IMG/VR virus record: IMGVR_UViG_3300044614_001845
Span: 6,689-70,688 of that record
Source: a virus
Direction: 5' to 3' (one strand)
DNA length: 64,000 nt
The notes under the pieces are model-generated. The model saw only the letters and a list, made by a program, of their open reading frames with translations. It was not told the origin of the DNA and searched no databases. This document shows positions 25,548 through 35,617 of the stretch, in pieces; position 1 is the stretch's first letter; every line of letters starts with the position of its first letter. Position numbers and translations under genes: made by a program.

Positions 25548-27965
25548 TTATGCAAACCTCAGCGAGAATTGATGTAGACCTTGATTGGCGGCATCAGATA
25601 GAACAAACATGCGGGTGCCGTCAGGAGACACGCGAACGCCCCAAGGTGTACTTACTGCTCCTGTTAAGCCATACAGAGGGATTAGCTCAACAGTGCTCAG
25701 CGTTGCAGTGGAGAGGTCGCTTGGAGAGGTCATTGCAATTTGCCTGACTTGACGCCCGCCATTCGCGGCACTGTTGTCAACAGTGGCGTAGATTCGCAAG
25801 CCATCAGCCATAACATGAACGCCAAATGATCCAGTCAAAGCAAGGCTCTGCGAAAGTGTGGCCGTGCCCAGTTCATAAGCAGTGCTTAATGTGTATTTGC
25901 GAATGTTGTCCGCGTCGCCCGCAAGAAACAACAACGTACCATCATTATTAACGTGAATACCACGCGGGGCTGATTCCGTGCCGCCTACATAAATAAATCC
26001 CTTAGCTGTGCTGATGTCCCAAGCTGTGCCAAGCTGGATTTCATATACAACATCGTTTGTAGATCCAACAAGATAAATTTCTGTGCCGTCATTTTTGAAG
26101 GTCACTCCTAGAGGAGAAGTTTCAAATCCAACAGATAATGCTTGTACAAATGAAATTGTTGATACGTTCCAGGCTGTAGATAGTGAAAACTCCCTAACTG
26201 TGTCATTCGTTGGGCCGGTAACGTACATCTTTGTACCGTCATCTTTGAACCATAATCCTGTAGGAGTTGCTTCGCCAATCGTTGCAGATACACGCACAAA
26301 AGATGCAGTGCTGATATTCCAAGCGGTGCTCAGATCGTATTCGTTTACATCATCGCCAGTAGCACCAGTAACATACATCTTGGTGCCGTCTGGCTTAAAG
26401 AATAAAGCGCTAGGAACGGTTTCTTGTTCATGGACCAAGTATCGACCCGTAACCGAACGTGGTTCCCAAGCAGTCGTAAGAGAATACTGGATAATACGAT
26501 CTGCGGTGTCTCCAACAATGTACATCTCCGTGCCATCATTCTTAAAGGTCATCCCTTGAGGTGTTGCATCGCCTGCAAAATAATATCCAAGGAATGAAAT
26601 TGTAGACACATCCCATGCTGTACTTAAACTAAAAACTCTTACAGTATCTGAACCTGTCCCAACCACAAACATTTTGTCGCCGGAAGATGAAAAGAAAACT
26701 GCACTTGGAGCTGTGTCGCCAGTGCCAGCAGATGCTCTCACGAATGATGCAGTTGAAATATCCCATGCTGTAGAAAGTGCATACTGATTAACGTCATCGC
26801 CAACAGTGCCAATGACGTACATCTTGGTGCCACTATCACCAAAGAATAAACCAGTGGGAACAGTTTCTTGACCTGCTACGCTAAATGAAACGGTATCATA
26901 AGTTGCAGTTGAGACATCCCATGCCGTTGACAGGCTGTATTGAAAGATCGAATCGGTGATATTGTTTAAGATATACATCTTGGTGCCATCATCCTTAAAA
27001 AATAAATCTGTACTCTCAGTTGCTTGAGCGTTGACACTTACACTTTTATTTGCATAGCTAGCTGTTGTGACATCCCAAGCTGTGCTTAATGTATATTGAA
27101 AGACAATATCGGTGGTTGCTCCAGGACTCATGACATACATTTTGGTGCCGCTATCATCAAAAGCAACGCCACTGATAGTGGTCGTTTGCCCTGACACAAG
27201 GAACGACTTGGCTACATAATCAGCAGTTGCAGTTGAAATATCCCATGCGGTAGACAATGTATACGAAAGGATGACGACGTTTGTACCACCAATTACATAC
27301 AGCTTTGTTCCGTTATCTCGAAAAAATAAAGCAAACGGAGTTGCGTCTAGCGTAGTTACGCTTAAACTTTTATTAGCATAAGAAGCGGTGCTTACGTCCC
27401 AAGCCGTGCTTAGTGTGTACTGATATACGGTATCATTCGTGCCACCCATGATGTACATTTTGGTGCCACTGTCACCAAAGAACGGTGTGCGTGGTGTGGC
27501 ATCTTGCGTGCCTACATAAAACTTTTTAACGTCAACCGTAGCTGTAGCTAGATCGTAAGGCGTGGAAAGCGTGCAGGACCACACAGTGTCTACAGCGTAG
27601 CCCGTAAAAAACAAACGAGTGCCGTCATCGCTAATTGCAATTCCGTTACAGTTAAGGTCGTAGTCACCGACTACCAAACTCTTACTGGAGTAAACAATGG
27701 TTGAGAGATCCCAGGGCGTTGTGCATTCGTACTGAAAAATGGTTGCAGTCAGTCGCGTGCCGCGCACAGCAACGTAAACGTAGCGACCATCGCGGCTAAC
27801 ATCAAAACCCTCTTCAATACCAGAACTACTCAGGGCATTGAAAACACCGTCATAGCTAAAGCGGCTGATGTATTTTTTGGCGTCTTGTAGCGCTACTGCG
27901 TCCTCGGGCTGATACACCCCGCTGGTGCGCTTGTTATCTGTGCCGCCGATCAGTCCGAGCCTCAT
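25548..27965 (-). CDS. beta-propeller repeat protein (putative receptor-binding/fibre tip)
   Basis: roughly 15 repeats of ~50 aa: DGTKMYV.G...D.V.QY.LSTAWD.STA. Confidence 0.8.
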   Translation of the reverse strand: MRLGLIGGTDNKRTSGVYQPEDAVALQDAKKYISRFSYDGVFNALSSSGIEEGFDVSRDGRYVYVAVRGTRLTATIFQYECTTPWDLSTIVYSSKSLVVGDYDLNCNGIAISDDGTRLFFTGYAVDTVWSCTLSTPYDLATATVDVKKFYVGTQDATPRTPFFGDSGTKMYIMGGTNDTVYQYTLSTAWDVSTASYANKSLSVTTLDATPFALFFRDNGTKLYVIGGTNVVILSYTLSTAWDISTATADYVAKSFLVSGQTTTISGVAFDDSGTKMYVMSPGATTDIVFQYTLSTAWDVTTASYANKSVSVNAQATESTDLFFKDDGTKMYILNNITDSIFQYSLSTAWDVSTATYDTVSFSVAGQETVPTGLFFGDSGTKMYVIGTVGDDVNQYALSTAWDISTASFVRASAGTGDTAPSAVFFSSSGDKMFVVGTGSDTVRVFSLSTAWDVSTISFLGYYFAGDATPQGMTFKNDGTEMYIVGDTADRIIQYSLTTAWEPRSVTGRYLVHEQETVPSALFFKPDGTKMYVTGATGDDVNEYDLSTAWNISTASFVRVSATIGEATPTGLWFKDDGTKMYVTGPTNDTVREFSLSTAWNVSTISFVQALSVGFETSPLGVTFKNDGTEIYLVGSTNDVVYEIQLGTAWDISTAKGFIYVGGTESAPRGIHVNNDGTLLFLAGDADNIRKYTLSTAYELGTATLSQSLALTGSFGVHVMADGLRIYATVDNSAANGGRQVRQIAMTSPSDLSTATLSTVELIPLYGLTGAVSTPWGVRVSPDGTRMFVLSDAANQGLHQFSLRFA

Positions 27966-28324
27966 CAGGAGATCTCCTCGTAACCGATCACCAGCTCTAG
28001 GTCGCTAGCTGCACTTGCCAAGGCACGGATACTGTCGCCTTCCTCCAGATAGAAGTAGGTCTCCTTGGTGCTGAGCACCTGCGTGGCGTCAGCAGGCACC
28101 GTGATGGTTTTGGCGATGTGGCGATCCGTCGTGCCGTCGTAAATGCTCACGCTGATATCAGCGGCGTTCACGCCATCCACGTTGGCGCAAAAGATGCTGT
28201 TGATCTTGAGCACCTTGCCACTGGAGGCGCCGTTACTCAGAGCAGCGGCCAAGCTAGTAGTGACGGCGTAACGAGCTGTGCGCCCCAGGATTGTCGTCGG
28301 TGACTTGAGATTTGGGGCGGCCAT
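27965..28324 (-). CDS. 119-aa virion adaptor-like protein, paralog A
   Basis: paralogous to 32112-32471 (KINSIFC.N...LEEGDSIRALAS...YEEI). Confidence 0.8.
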   Translation of the reverse strand: MAAPNLKSPTTILGRTARYAVTTSLAAALSNGASSGKVLKINSIFCANVDGVNAADISVSIYDGTTDRHIAKTITVPADATQVLSTKETYFYLEEGDSIRALASAASDLELVIGYEEIS

Positions 28325-28515
28325 CAGAAGATCATCCCAGAAACAACTGGATCGACGCCAGCTGCGCTAGCCCCGACCTCAACCATTGCCCCAGCAGCAT
28401 TTTTCACATAAAGCTTTCCGGCTGTTTTATCCCAGCCGGGCTCAGCAACATCAAAGTCGGCTGGATTCGGAGTGGTTGTACCCTGCCGAATAACAATCTT
28501 ATTATTACGAGGCAT
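28324..28515 (-). CDS. mini fibre linker (Mtd N-terminal-like domain plus DPVVSGMIF tail)
   Basis: KIVIRQG...AEPGWD...KLYV. Confidence 0.7.
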   Translation of the reverse strand: MPRNNKIVIRQGTTTPNPADFDVAEPGWDKTAGKLYVKNAAGAMVEVGASAAGVDPVVSGMIF

Positions 28516-29783
28516 CAGTATGTTCCTCCATCAATATCAAAACCACTTACTGCACCATTTTCAAGGAAAGTGACCAAATCGCTAAAAGCAACTTGAACCA
28601 TCGTTCCGTTGTCGTTAACCACCATTCGATCTGCAAGAGCCAGCGTGGTAGCAGTAGCAGATGTGGAGCCATCAATAATGGCGACTTCACTTGAAGTCAG
28701 CAGGGACAGCGCAGTAGCAGCGCCGGTTTGCATCCCAGAGAGCGTGTCAAGATCGGCGTCCCAAGCCTGAACATTCGTCCCAATCGCCAAGCCAAGACTG
28801 GTGCGAGCCGACCCAGCATCAGTTGCCCCAGTGCCACCATCGGCGATAGCAAGAGTGCCTGTGATCGCAGATGCGCTGAGATCAAGAGCAAGCTCGGTGC
28901 TTTCGATCACCAAGCCGCCATTTGCTTTCAGGTCAACGCTGACCACGCCTGCAGTGAAGTCAATTCCATCGCCAGCACTCAGAGTCTCCTGGGCGTTGAT
29001 GGTGATAGAACCACTGGCGTTGGTAATGCTGATGCCAGTTCCAGCAGTCAGGGTGGCTTTAGTCAAAGACCCGCTGGAATTACCAATCAGCAATTCGCCG
29101 TTTGCGTAGCCATTTGCATAACCAGTTCCACCAAGCGCAGTAGAAACTGTCGTAAATCCAGTTCCAAGGGCGCCGCTTGTCAGAGTTCCAACCGAAGTTA
29201 GCGAAGAACTAACAACAGTAGACCCAAGCGCTGTTTTTGAAAGAACGCCAGCGCCATCAATGCGATATGAAAGCCCAGCAGTTAGCTCTACGTTTTGATT
29301 GAACGTCCAGCTATCTGTTGAGTCATACCAAAGAATTGACTTATCAGTTGTACCTTTGAGAATGATCCCGCCCGAATCAGCGCCCGCATCTGTTGGAGTT
29401 GCGGTAGAACCAAGCTCAATATTTTTATCGTCTGTTGATACGGTCGTTGAGTTAATAGTTGTAGTTGTACCATTAACTGTTAAATCACCACCAATCGTAA
29501 CGGCGCCAGTTGTAGTAAAACCACTTACTGTTGCGCCGGAAATATCAAATCCACCCGTAAAAGTCTTGGCACCACTGACTGTTTGAGTACCAGTTAGATT
29601 CAGATATGCGCCATCGCCGCCAATTGCAATAATTGAAGTTGCTGTACCACCAGCGCCCCCGGTACCTTTTCCATACCAAAGGACATCGTTGATTTCGTTA
29701 AATGCAAGTTCTGCATTCTCAAGGGAAGACGGTGCGCCAGTAGCGCCAGAAACCCGCCGCCTAATACGAATCGTGTTGGCCAC
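28515..29783 (-). CDS. tail fibre protein
   Basis: N-terminal IRIRR...ELAFNE...LWYG; G/T/S-rich; GGTGAT repeats; ends DIDGGTY. Confidence 0.85.
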   Translation of the reverse strand: MANTIRIRRRVSGATGAPSSLENAELAFNEINDVLWYGKGTGGAGGTATSIIAIGGDGAYLNLTGTQTVSGAKTFTGGFDISGATVSGFTTTGAVTIGGDLTVNGTTTTINSTTVSTDDKNIELGSTATPTDAGADSGGIILKGTTDKSILWYDSTDSWTFNQNVELTAGLSYRIDGAGVLSKTALGSTVVSSSLTSVGTLTSGALGTGFTTVSTALGGTGYANGYANGELLIGNSSGSLTKATLTAGTGISITNASGSITINAQETLSAGDGIDFTAGVVSVDLKANGGLVIESTELALDLSASAITGTLAIADGGTGATDAGSARTSLGLAIGTNVQAWDADLDTLSGMQTGAATALSLLTSSEVAIIDGSTSATATTLALADRMVVNDNGTMVQVAFSDLVTFLENGAVSGFDIDGGTY

Positions 29784-30085
29784 TAAAAATTACCTCCATC
29801 GGTAAGTGTTGTTTTTGTGATTGTGGCGTCAAGACGAAAACTGTCAGAGGCCACGTCGTAATAGAGCAGGCTCCTATCTACCTTAGCGCTCGCATCTACA
29901 TCCGACATTCCGGCGAGTGAAGATACGCCAGACGGTCCCGGTGGCCCTTGTATTCCAGGAGGCCCCTGAGGCCCTTGAACAACAGTCGAAATAACAGTTG
30001 ACTGCGGTACAGTAACAACTGTCGTCTTGCTATTTTCTGTTACTACGACAGTATTTTCAACAGATGTGATATTTACGGAAGTCAT
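29783..30085 (-). CDS. collagen-like fibre connector
   Basis: GPQGPPGIQGPPGPSG; ends TDGGNF. Confidence 0.8.
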   Translation of the reverse strand: MTSVNITSVENTVVVTENSKTTVVTVPQSTVISTVVQGPQGPPGIQGPPGPSGVSSLAGMSDVDASAKVDRSLLYYDVASDSFRLDATITKTTLTDGGNF

Positions 30086-30420
30086 GCCGAATACCCTTGA
30101 GAGACGTAGATAATCCCCTCAAGATAGTATTCACGAAGCCCGCCAGCATTTACAAGCAAAACATCGTAGTAAACTTCATCTGGCAAGGTTGCCGTTTGCG
30201 TATTCGTCAGCAGAAGATCAACAGTGCCATTCGGGCGATCAGTGTAAGTTACTCCAAAGTCAGCATATTTTGTTGTTCGCCCACGATCCCAAACTTGAGC
30301 GATAACTGTCCAGCCAGTTAAATTGATTGCGACGTTAGAGCCGTCCTTAAATTGCAGGCGAACGGGATGATCCGCTCGCCTTTGCAAGGAGAAGTTGTAT
30401 GTCCCAGGTGTGACTGCCAT
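30082..30420 (-). CDS. BppU/LtfC-like fibre attachment protein
   Basis: INLTGWT..AQVW...G.V.L.LT..QT..L...YDV...YYLEG. Confidence 0.7.
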   Translation of the reverse strand: MAVTPGTYNFSLQRRADHPVRLQFKDGSNVAINLTGWTVIAQVWDRGRTTKYADFGVTYTDRPNGTVDLLLTNTQTATLPDEVYYDVLLVNAGGLREYYLEGIIYVSQGYSA

Positions 30421-30429
30421 AAGGCAAGT

Positions 30430-30567
30430 CTACCGGCCTTGACCACGCAAGGGTTTTTTGCCTCTGCGACGAGGGCGACTGTGCTGACCGAATCCCTGTG
30501 AAGTTGTTTTCGGGGGACCAGCTTTGTGCTCAACGCGAGCGGTGCCGACCTTACTTTTAACAGCCAT
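30430..30567 (-). CDS. small basic cyanophage-type protein ending RGQGR (not in ORF track)
   Basis: MAVKSKVGTARVEHKAGPPKTTSQGFGQHSRPRRRGKKPLRGQGR. Confidence 0.75.
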   Translation of the reverse strand: MAVKSKVGTARVEHKAGPPKTTSQGFGQHSRPRRRGKKPLRGQGR

Positions 30568-31103
30568 CAGCCTTCCTCCTGAGCAGCGTCATCAAGCGAC
30601 GGGAACAGCTCATCAATAAATGCCTGCGGGAGGTTGAACTGATTAGCAAGCTCTCCGACACTTTCAATTACTGCGTCAGAAATAAGATTAGCTGCAAAAG
30701 CAGCTTTCCAGCTATTCACAAAAATCCTGCTGTCGCCAACACTTGCATCCTTCAACCCGACAATCATCCCGCCGTAGAGACCGGGTGCAGCACTGATCAA
30801 GCCACCGAGCATCTCATTGATTGCCGCATCGCTCATTGCTGCAGCAGAGAACTCAACCCAGTGTGGAGTCGGCGGCGCAGGAGGAATCTCTACAACGTCA
30901 AACGACGTGCCATTCCAATTCAACGCTTGAGTCGCAGGATCATACTCAGGCTGCTCGATCAGAACGTAACCGGCTTCTGCAATCTCATCCTCGGTAAAGG
31001 TGCTGGGATCAGTGCGTGTAAATCCATTCGCAAGCGTAATGCGAAAAGGAAGTGGGGCAGGTGCTGCGCCGTTGAAAGAGTAAAGAACTGACATGGCAAT
31101 CAA
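30567..31103 (-). CDS. tail fibre assembly-like protein
   Basis: TRTDPSTFT..EI..AGY...P.YDP.TQ.L.W; follows fibre-tip gene. Confidence 0.65.
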   Translation of the reverse strand: MIAMSVLYSFNGAAPAPLPFRITLANGFTRTDPSTFTEDEIAEAGYVLIEQPEYDPATQALNWNGTSFDVVEIPPAPPTPHWVEFSAAAMSDAAINEMLGGLISAAPGLYGGMIVGLKDASVGDSRIFVNSWKAAFAANLISDAVIESVGELANQFNLPQAFIDELFPSLDDAAQEEG

Positions 31104-31110
31104 GAAAAAG

Positions 31111-32112
31111 TTAAGGCACTGCGTACCTAATGATTACAATCCCGGAGCCGCCAGCACCCGAAATGAGGGTGCCGGGTTGGCTCAAGGTTGCGCCTCCGCC
31201 GCCACTGCCTGTATTTGGCGCTCCATTCATTGGCGTGCGACCAGCCGGAAGAGCGTAATTTCCAACTGCAATACCACCCTGTCCTCCTCCCCCTAAGCCA
31301 CCAAGCCCTGTCGAAGAACCAACATTGTTGTTGCTCAAGGCGCCACCACCACCACCGCCCGCATAATACAAGCCGATCCCATTAATTGATACCAAAACAC
31401 CATTGCCGCCATTTCCGGGAGCGCTGATAGTTGCATTTGCGCCAATGCCTCCAGCGCCACCACCGCCACCAGATCCGTATGAGCTGCCAGAAGAAAGAGC
31501 CGGAGCGCTTCCGCCATTATTTCCCTGACCAGCCGTTCCTTGGCCGCCCAATTTTATACCGGTAGATGGAGGGTAACAGCCACCACCGCCAGAGCCGCCA
31601 TTTAAGCCAACTCCAGCACTCACGCCATTTCCAGAACCGCCGCCGCCCCCTAGGGCTACCAGGGAACTGAATGAACTATTCCCTCCGTTTAGCCCATCCT
31701 GCGTTCCAGGCAGAGCACCCGCCCCAACAACAACCGTATAACTTCCAGAGGCGAGCGATGTCAGAGTTCCAGTCAGAAGACCGCCTGCGCCACCACCACC
31801 GCCACCACCGCTGGCATTAATGCCGCCAGAACCGCCGCCGCCAACAATCAAATACTCAACTGTTTTTGCACTTGGCAAAACGAATGATGATGTTCCAACC
31901 GTTGTAAATTGATGCACGGCATAAAGCTGCGCACCAACTTGTATGTTGTAAACATCTTGGCCGCCAGTTGCAATTGAAACAACGGTGGTACTGGGCCACT
32001 TCTGCGTAGCCCTTCCCTTATAGACCTCTTGGAGGCTCCAGATTCCAGGCTGTTTCTGACTCTTTGTAGGGGAAAAGTCCCCATTAATAAAACCACCGTT
32101 GAATCCAGCCAT
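31111..32112 (-). CDS. glycine-rich domain virion protein (putative fibre tip)
   Basis: EYLIVGGGGSGG...GGSGIVIIRY; N-terminal GIWSL motif. Confidence 0.8.
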   Translation of the reverse strand: MAGFNGGFINGDFSPTKSQKQPGIWSLQEVYKGRATQKWPSTTVVSIATGGQDVYNIQVGAQLYAVHQFTTVGTSSFVLPSAKTVEYLIVGGGGSGGINASGGGGGGGAGGLLTGTLTSLASGSYTVVVGAGALPGTQDGLNGGNSSFSSLVALGGGGGSGNGVSAGVGLNGGSGGGGCYPPSTGIKLGGQGTAGQGNNGGSAPALSSGSSYGSGGGGGAGGIGANATISAPGNGGNGVLVSINGIGLYYAGGGGGGALSNNNVGSSTGLGGLGGGGQGGIAVGNYALPAGRTPMNGAPNTGSGGGGATLSQPGTLISGAGGSGIVIIRYAVP

Positions 32113-32471
32113 TACGCAATCTCCTCATAGGAAATAGTCAGAGTCAAATTGCTACTAGCGGAAGCAAGGGCGCGAATCAAATCACCCTCAAGCAGATAAA
32201 CGTAGGTCTCTTTTGTTCCAATCATCAAAGTAGACGAACCAGGAACAGTAATATTCCTTGCAATGTAGTAATCAACACCAGAGCGTTGAATTGCAACAGA
32301 AATGTCCGCAGGAGTAGCAGCAGTGATATTCGAGCAAAAGATCGAATTCACCTTAAAAACCTTGTTGCTTGCAGCTGCATTTGTTAGTGCAGTGCCAAGG
32401 TTTGTAGTGGGTGCGTAATAAACGGTGTTACCAACAATGGAATTGGCGTACCTGAGGTTAGGATTCGTCAT
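32112..32471 (-). CDS. 119-aa virion adaptor-like protein, paralog B
   Basis: paralogous to 27965-28324. Confidence 0.8.
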   Translation of the reverse strand: MTNPNLRYANSIVGNTVYYAPTTNLGTALTNAAASNKVFKVNSIFCSNITAATPADISVAIQRSGVDYYIARNITVPGSSTLMIGTKETYVYLLEGDLIRALASASSNLTLTISYEEIA

Positions 32472-35400
32472 GAGAAAAGCATTCCGAAGATGGGGTTGTC
32501 AGGAGCCTGTTGGGATCTCCAATAGTTTAGCCCTTGTACCGTCACAACTTGAGGAGCAGGATCGGCATCAATTGCTGCATTGATTTGAGTGTCAGTTCCG
32601 GTTGGAGTTGTTGTGTTTCGCAATGCCTGAGCACTTGCGAGACGAACAGGACCAGTGCGAGTTGTTTGTGCGTTGTTGACCTCGGGCAAGCCAGTGATGG
32701 TACCCGTCACATTCAATGAATTAACCGTCAGTGTGTCGGTAACATTCAAGAACGGGAAGGTCGTATTTTGGAAGTCATCAACAGAGCTGCTTCCAATATT
32801 TTCAACGCTTAGCGTTGTACCTGTTTCAACATCCTCAAGGCCCCTAGGCGAAACATTGAAGCCATCCTCGTTGCTACCTTGCGGAACAACACGACCACCA
32901 AGATCATTCGTAAAGTAATACGTGAACTTGTTTTGATCGCTCAGATCCTTCTGCGCAGCTGGGAACGACTTGGAGTAGTTCAGGTAGCCAGCCCACTCCC
33001 AAGCGTGCCCATAGAGCCGTAGGACCGATGGACGACGCATCTCCACTGCCCAGTTAGCCCGACCCGTTGCAGCCCCACCAGACGGCGCCGTGGGGAAGTC
33101 CACAGTGCTGGTTGGATCAAGCAGGCGAGCAGTGGAAAGTCTCGGTGTCAATGCCGTATGAGCGGCTGCGGTAGTAAAACCAAGCTCAACCAAGAAGAAA
33201 TGAAGGCCCTTGTAGTCCGTTGAAGACCTATAAATGTCTTGAACGGCTTTATAAGCAAGATCTTCTTGCGTTGTACCAGTTGTAGTCCAGATCGTTGTCC
33301 AGTTAATGCCAAGAGTCGTGCTATAGGGATTGGTGTCACGATCCCAGTCAATCTTCAGGATCTGGCCCTCTTCATCAATTCTGTCCTCTGCGTTGTAATC
33401 AGAACGCATGTGGACATAAATCTCCTTCCATACGCTGATATCGGGCGATGTAGAAGAAGTCCTGTTTGATTTAATTGCTTGATAGTGCTTGTTGTTGTGC
33501 TTAACAACTGTGCCGACAGGATAGTAAGTGTTATTTGCATATGTAATGCTTGGCGCACCACGGCGAATGGTGATCTCTGCCGTGCTCACAACGCCATCAC
33601 CGGCCAGCAAGCCAACGCCTGTCTGGCTGACAAGAACAATCTCATCGGTCGTGCTAAGAGTCCGCGAAATACCACCACCTGCGCCACGGTTAGGATCGGT
33701 CTGAAGTACGAAGTTGCGCTGGGGCAAGCGAGCGACTGCCGTGTTGTTCAGATAGATAGAAGCGCGACGTTCAGCCGGTGTGCGCGTATCAACTACACGG
33801 CGAACATAAACACGTTTGCCAGGTGCAAGGTTGACGCCATCTGGATCAGTAATTGAATCCTGTCCAGTCAGGGCGGCGGTAATGTTAATGACCGTTGGAG
33901 CAGTAGAACTCCAAGCAGAAGTAGCTAGTGGGGCATACCAAGGCTTACCAGCTGGATTTTCAACCCAGAGGTAAGTGGTCGGCATGAAACTATAGCCATC
34001 CTTATAAAGAATGTCAGGTACAGTCGATGACTCGCTGTTAATTGCGAGCCCAGTCGTCAACGTGATAGTTGTGCTAGTAACAGAATCAATTGTGCCAAGA
34101 TAGATGTAACGAACGTTGCCTGTTTTTTCGCTGAGATTCAGCGGAACACGCAAAGAGCCAACCGACCAGTTTTTGTCAGATGGGAACGCGAAGCTCTTGT
34201 AGCCCTTGCTAATTGCAGCGCAGCCACCAAAAGAGCTGTTGCTGTTGGTGATCGTGATTTCACCGCCGTTATCGGTGAAGTGATGAACACCATGCCCAAT
34301 GGCAAAAACAGAAACTTCTTGGATGAAGCAATCGTTGACAGCAGTGATATGCCGACTCATGCGAGCCGGATTCATGCGAATGTCGTTGGGGCTAGTGGAA
34401 ATGTAAGTAGCGTAGTTGGCGTCAACAGTTGTGGTACTGATCGCAGACCAAGTATTTGTCACATAACGCTGCCAGCAGCGCATGTCTTTCTGAAGTGAGA
34501 CGCCGGTAAAGTTGGCGCACACCATCGACTTCAGACCAGTGACCTTAGCGCCATCCATAAAGGCGCCAGACATTCCATAGTCAGATCGAATAGAGCAGTT
34601 AAAAATATAAGGAGAGGCACTGGCAGTTGTATCCCACGCAGAAGTGGGATTTTGAGTTGTATCAATCGGTCCTACGATTTCATACTCAGTAGTTTTCGTT
34701 GTTGCGAGAACAGAACTAAGGTCTGCGCCAGTGCCAACGGTGTTACGGCACTTGGTGTAGAAGTCGTCAAGTTCAGTCTTACCGCCAAACTGGAAAAGAT
34801 CAAGCAGGTGGTGGCTTTGGGCAAGGTTCACCTTGTCCATCGCGGTGAATCCAAAGAAGTACCCCGTACCGGTAATCTTGAAGATTGCGCAGCGATTGCT
34901 GTAGTTAGCAGTCTCGTCGGCAAGGGACGGGACATAGTTCGGGCGAATCGTGGTCTTCCTAAGGTCAGGACCACACAGCGAGCAACCACGAGGCAGCAGC
35001 AGACCGCCGACAACAGGGTTGAAGGCGATCAATTCAGCTGTAGTCGGGGTTTTGTCGGTACCCCAGCTGGCCAGCGCGGTTGAAGCGCTACCGGGATCGT
35101 TGTAAACGGTGTGAGTACCAGGCGAAAGAACAATGCTTACAGCATCAATATTCGCCCTTACATCCGTGTAGGTGTACCAGTTCTTAGATGTAATAATTGC
35201 TGCTTCGATGACAGCCCTGTTGATTGTTTTGAACGGGCGCTGAGGCGTATAGCCACAAGTCATCCGTTGCTTCTCAAGTCGCTTCAGCTTTTGGGCAATC
35301 TTTTCCTCGTCCGTGCCAGAAGCAAGCTCGTAGCTGTTATATGCACCACCAACAAACCTATCGCTACCCGTGTAAGGATTCACATACAAAACAAAGGGTG

Positions 35401-35566
35401 CGCTCAGCGGATCAAGGCTGGCTGCGCTACCTGCAACTACATTTGCGTCGCCGCCGACTTGACGAAACAGATCAACGAGGGTGGCCAGCTGCTGCCTTAG
35501 CTGCGCCTGCGTTACGTTGATGTCATCAAGAGCACCAGATGCGCCTGCTTGAGTTAACTGGGGCAC
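32468..35566 (-). CDS. large tail fibre/tailspike protein (possible beta-helix)
   Basis: 1032 aa; LYVNP...PFKTINRA, SPYIFNCS; ends NPIFGMLFS. Confidence 0.8.
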   Translation of the reverse strand: MPQLTQAGASGALDDINVTQAQLRQQLATLVDLFRQVGGDANVVAGSAASLDPLSAPFVLYVNPYTGSDRFVGGAYNSYELASGTDEEKIAQKLKRLEKQRMTCGYTPQRPFKTINRAVIEAAIITSKNWYTYTDVRANIDAVSIVLSPGTHTVYNDPGSASTALASWGTDKTPTTAELIAFNPVVGGLLLPRGCSLCGPDLRKTTIRPNYVPSLADETANYSNRCAIFKITGTGYFFGFTAMDKVNLAQSHHLLDLFQFGGKTELDDFYTKCRNTVGTGADLSSVLATTKTTEYEIVGPIDTTQNPTSAWDTTASASPYIFNCSIRSDYGMSGAFMDGAKVTGLKSMVCANFTGVSLQKDMRCWQRYVTNTWSAISTTTVDANYATYISTSPNDIRMNPARMSRHITAVNDCFIQEVSVFAIGHGVHHFTDNGGEITITNSNSSFGGCAAISKGYKSFAFPSDKNWSVGSLRVPLNLSEKTGNVRYIYLGTIDSVTSTTITLTTGLAINSESSTVPDILYKDGYSFMPTTYLWVENPAGKPWYAPLATSAWSSTAPTVINITAALTGQDSITDPDGVNLAPGKRVYVRRVVDTRTPAERRASIYLNNTAVARLPQRNFVLQTDPNRGAGGGISRTLSTTDEIVLVSQTGVGLLAGDGVVSTAEITIRRGAPSITYANNTYYPVGTVVKHNNKHYQAIKSNRTSSTSPDISVWKEIYVHMRSDYNAEDRIDEEGQILKIDWDRDTNPYSTTLGINWTTIWTTTGTTQEDLAYKAVQDIYRSSTDYKGLHFFLVELGFTTAAAHTALTPRLSTARLLDPTSTVDFPTAPSGGAATGRANWAVEMRRPSVLRLYGHAWEWAGYLNYSKSFPAAQKDLSDQNKFTYYFTNDLGGRVVPQGSNEDGFNVSPRGLEDVETGTTLSVENIGSSSVDDFQNTTFPFLNVTDTLTVNSLNVTGTITGLPEVNNAQTTRTGPVRLASAQALRNTTTPTGTDTQINAAIDADPAPQVVTVQGLNYWRSQQAPDNPIFGMLFS

Positions 35567-35617
35567 GGATGACGACCTTAATCACTTGCCCCATTATACG
35601 GAGACAAGGAAGCGTGG

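Noticed and set aside
25548-35566. Diversity-generating retroelement suggested by Mtd-N-like domains
   Set aside because: No reverse transcriptase and no template/variable repeat pair seen; the domain is only a structural module
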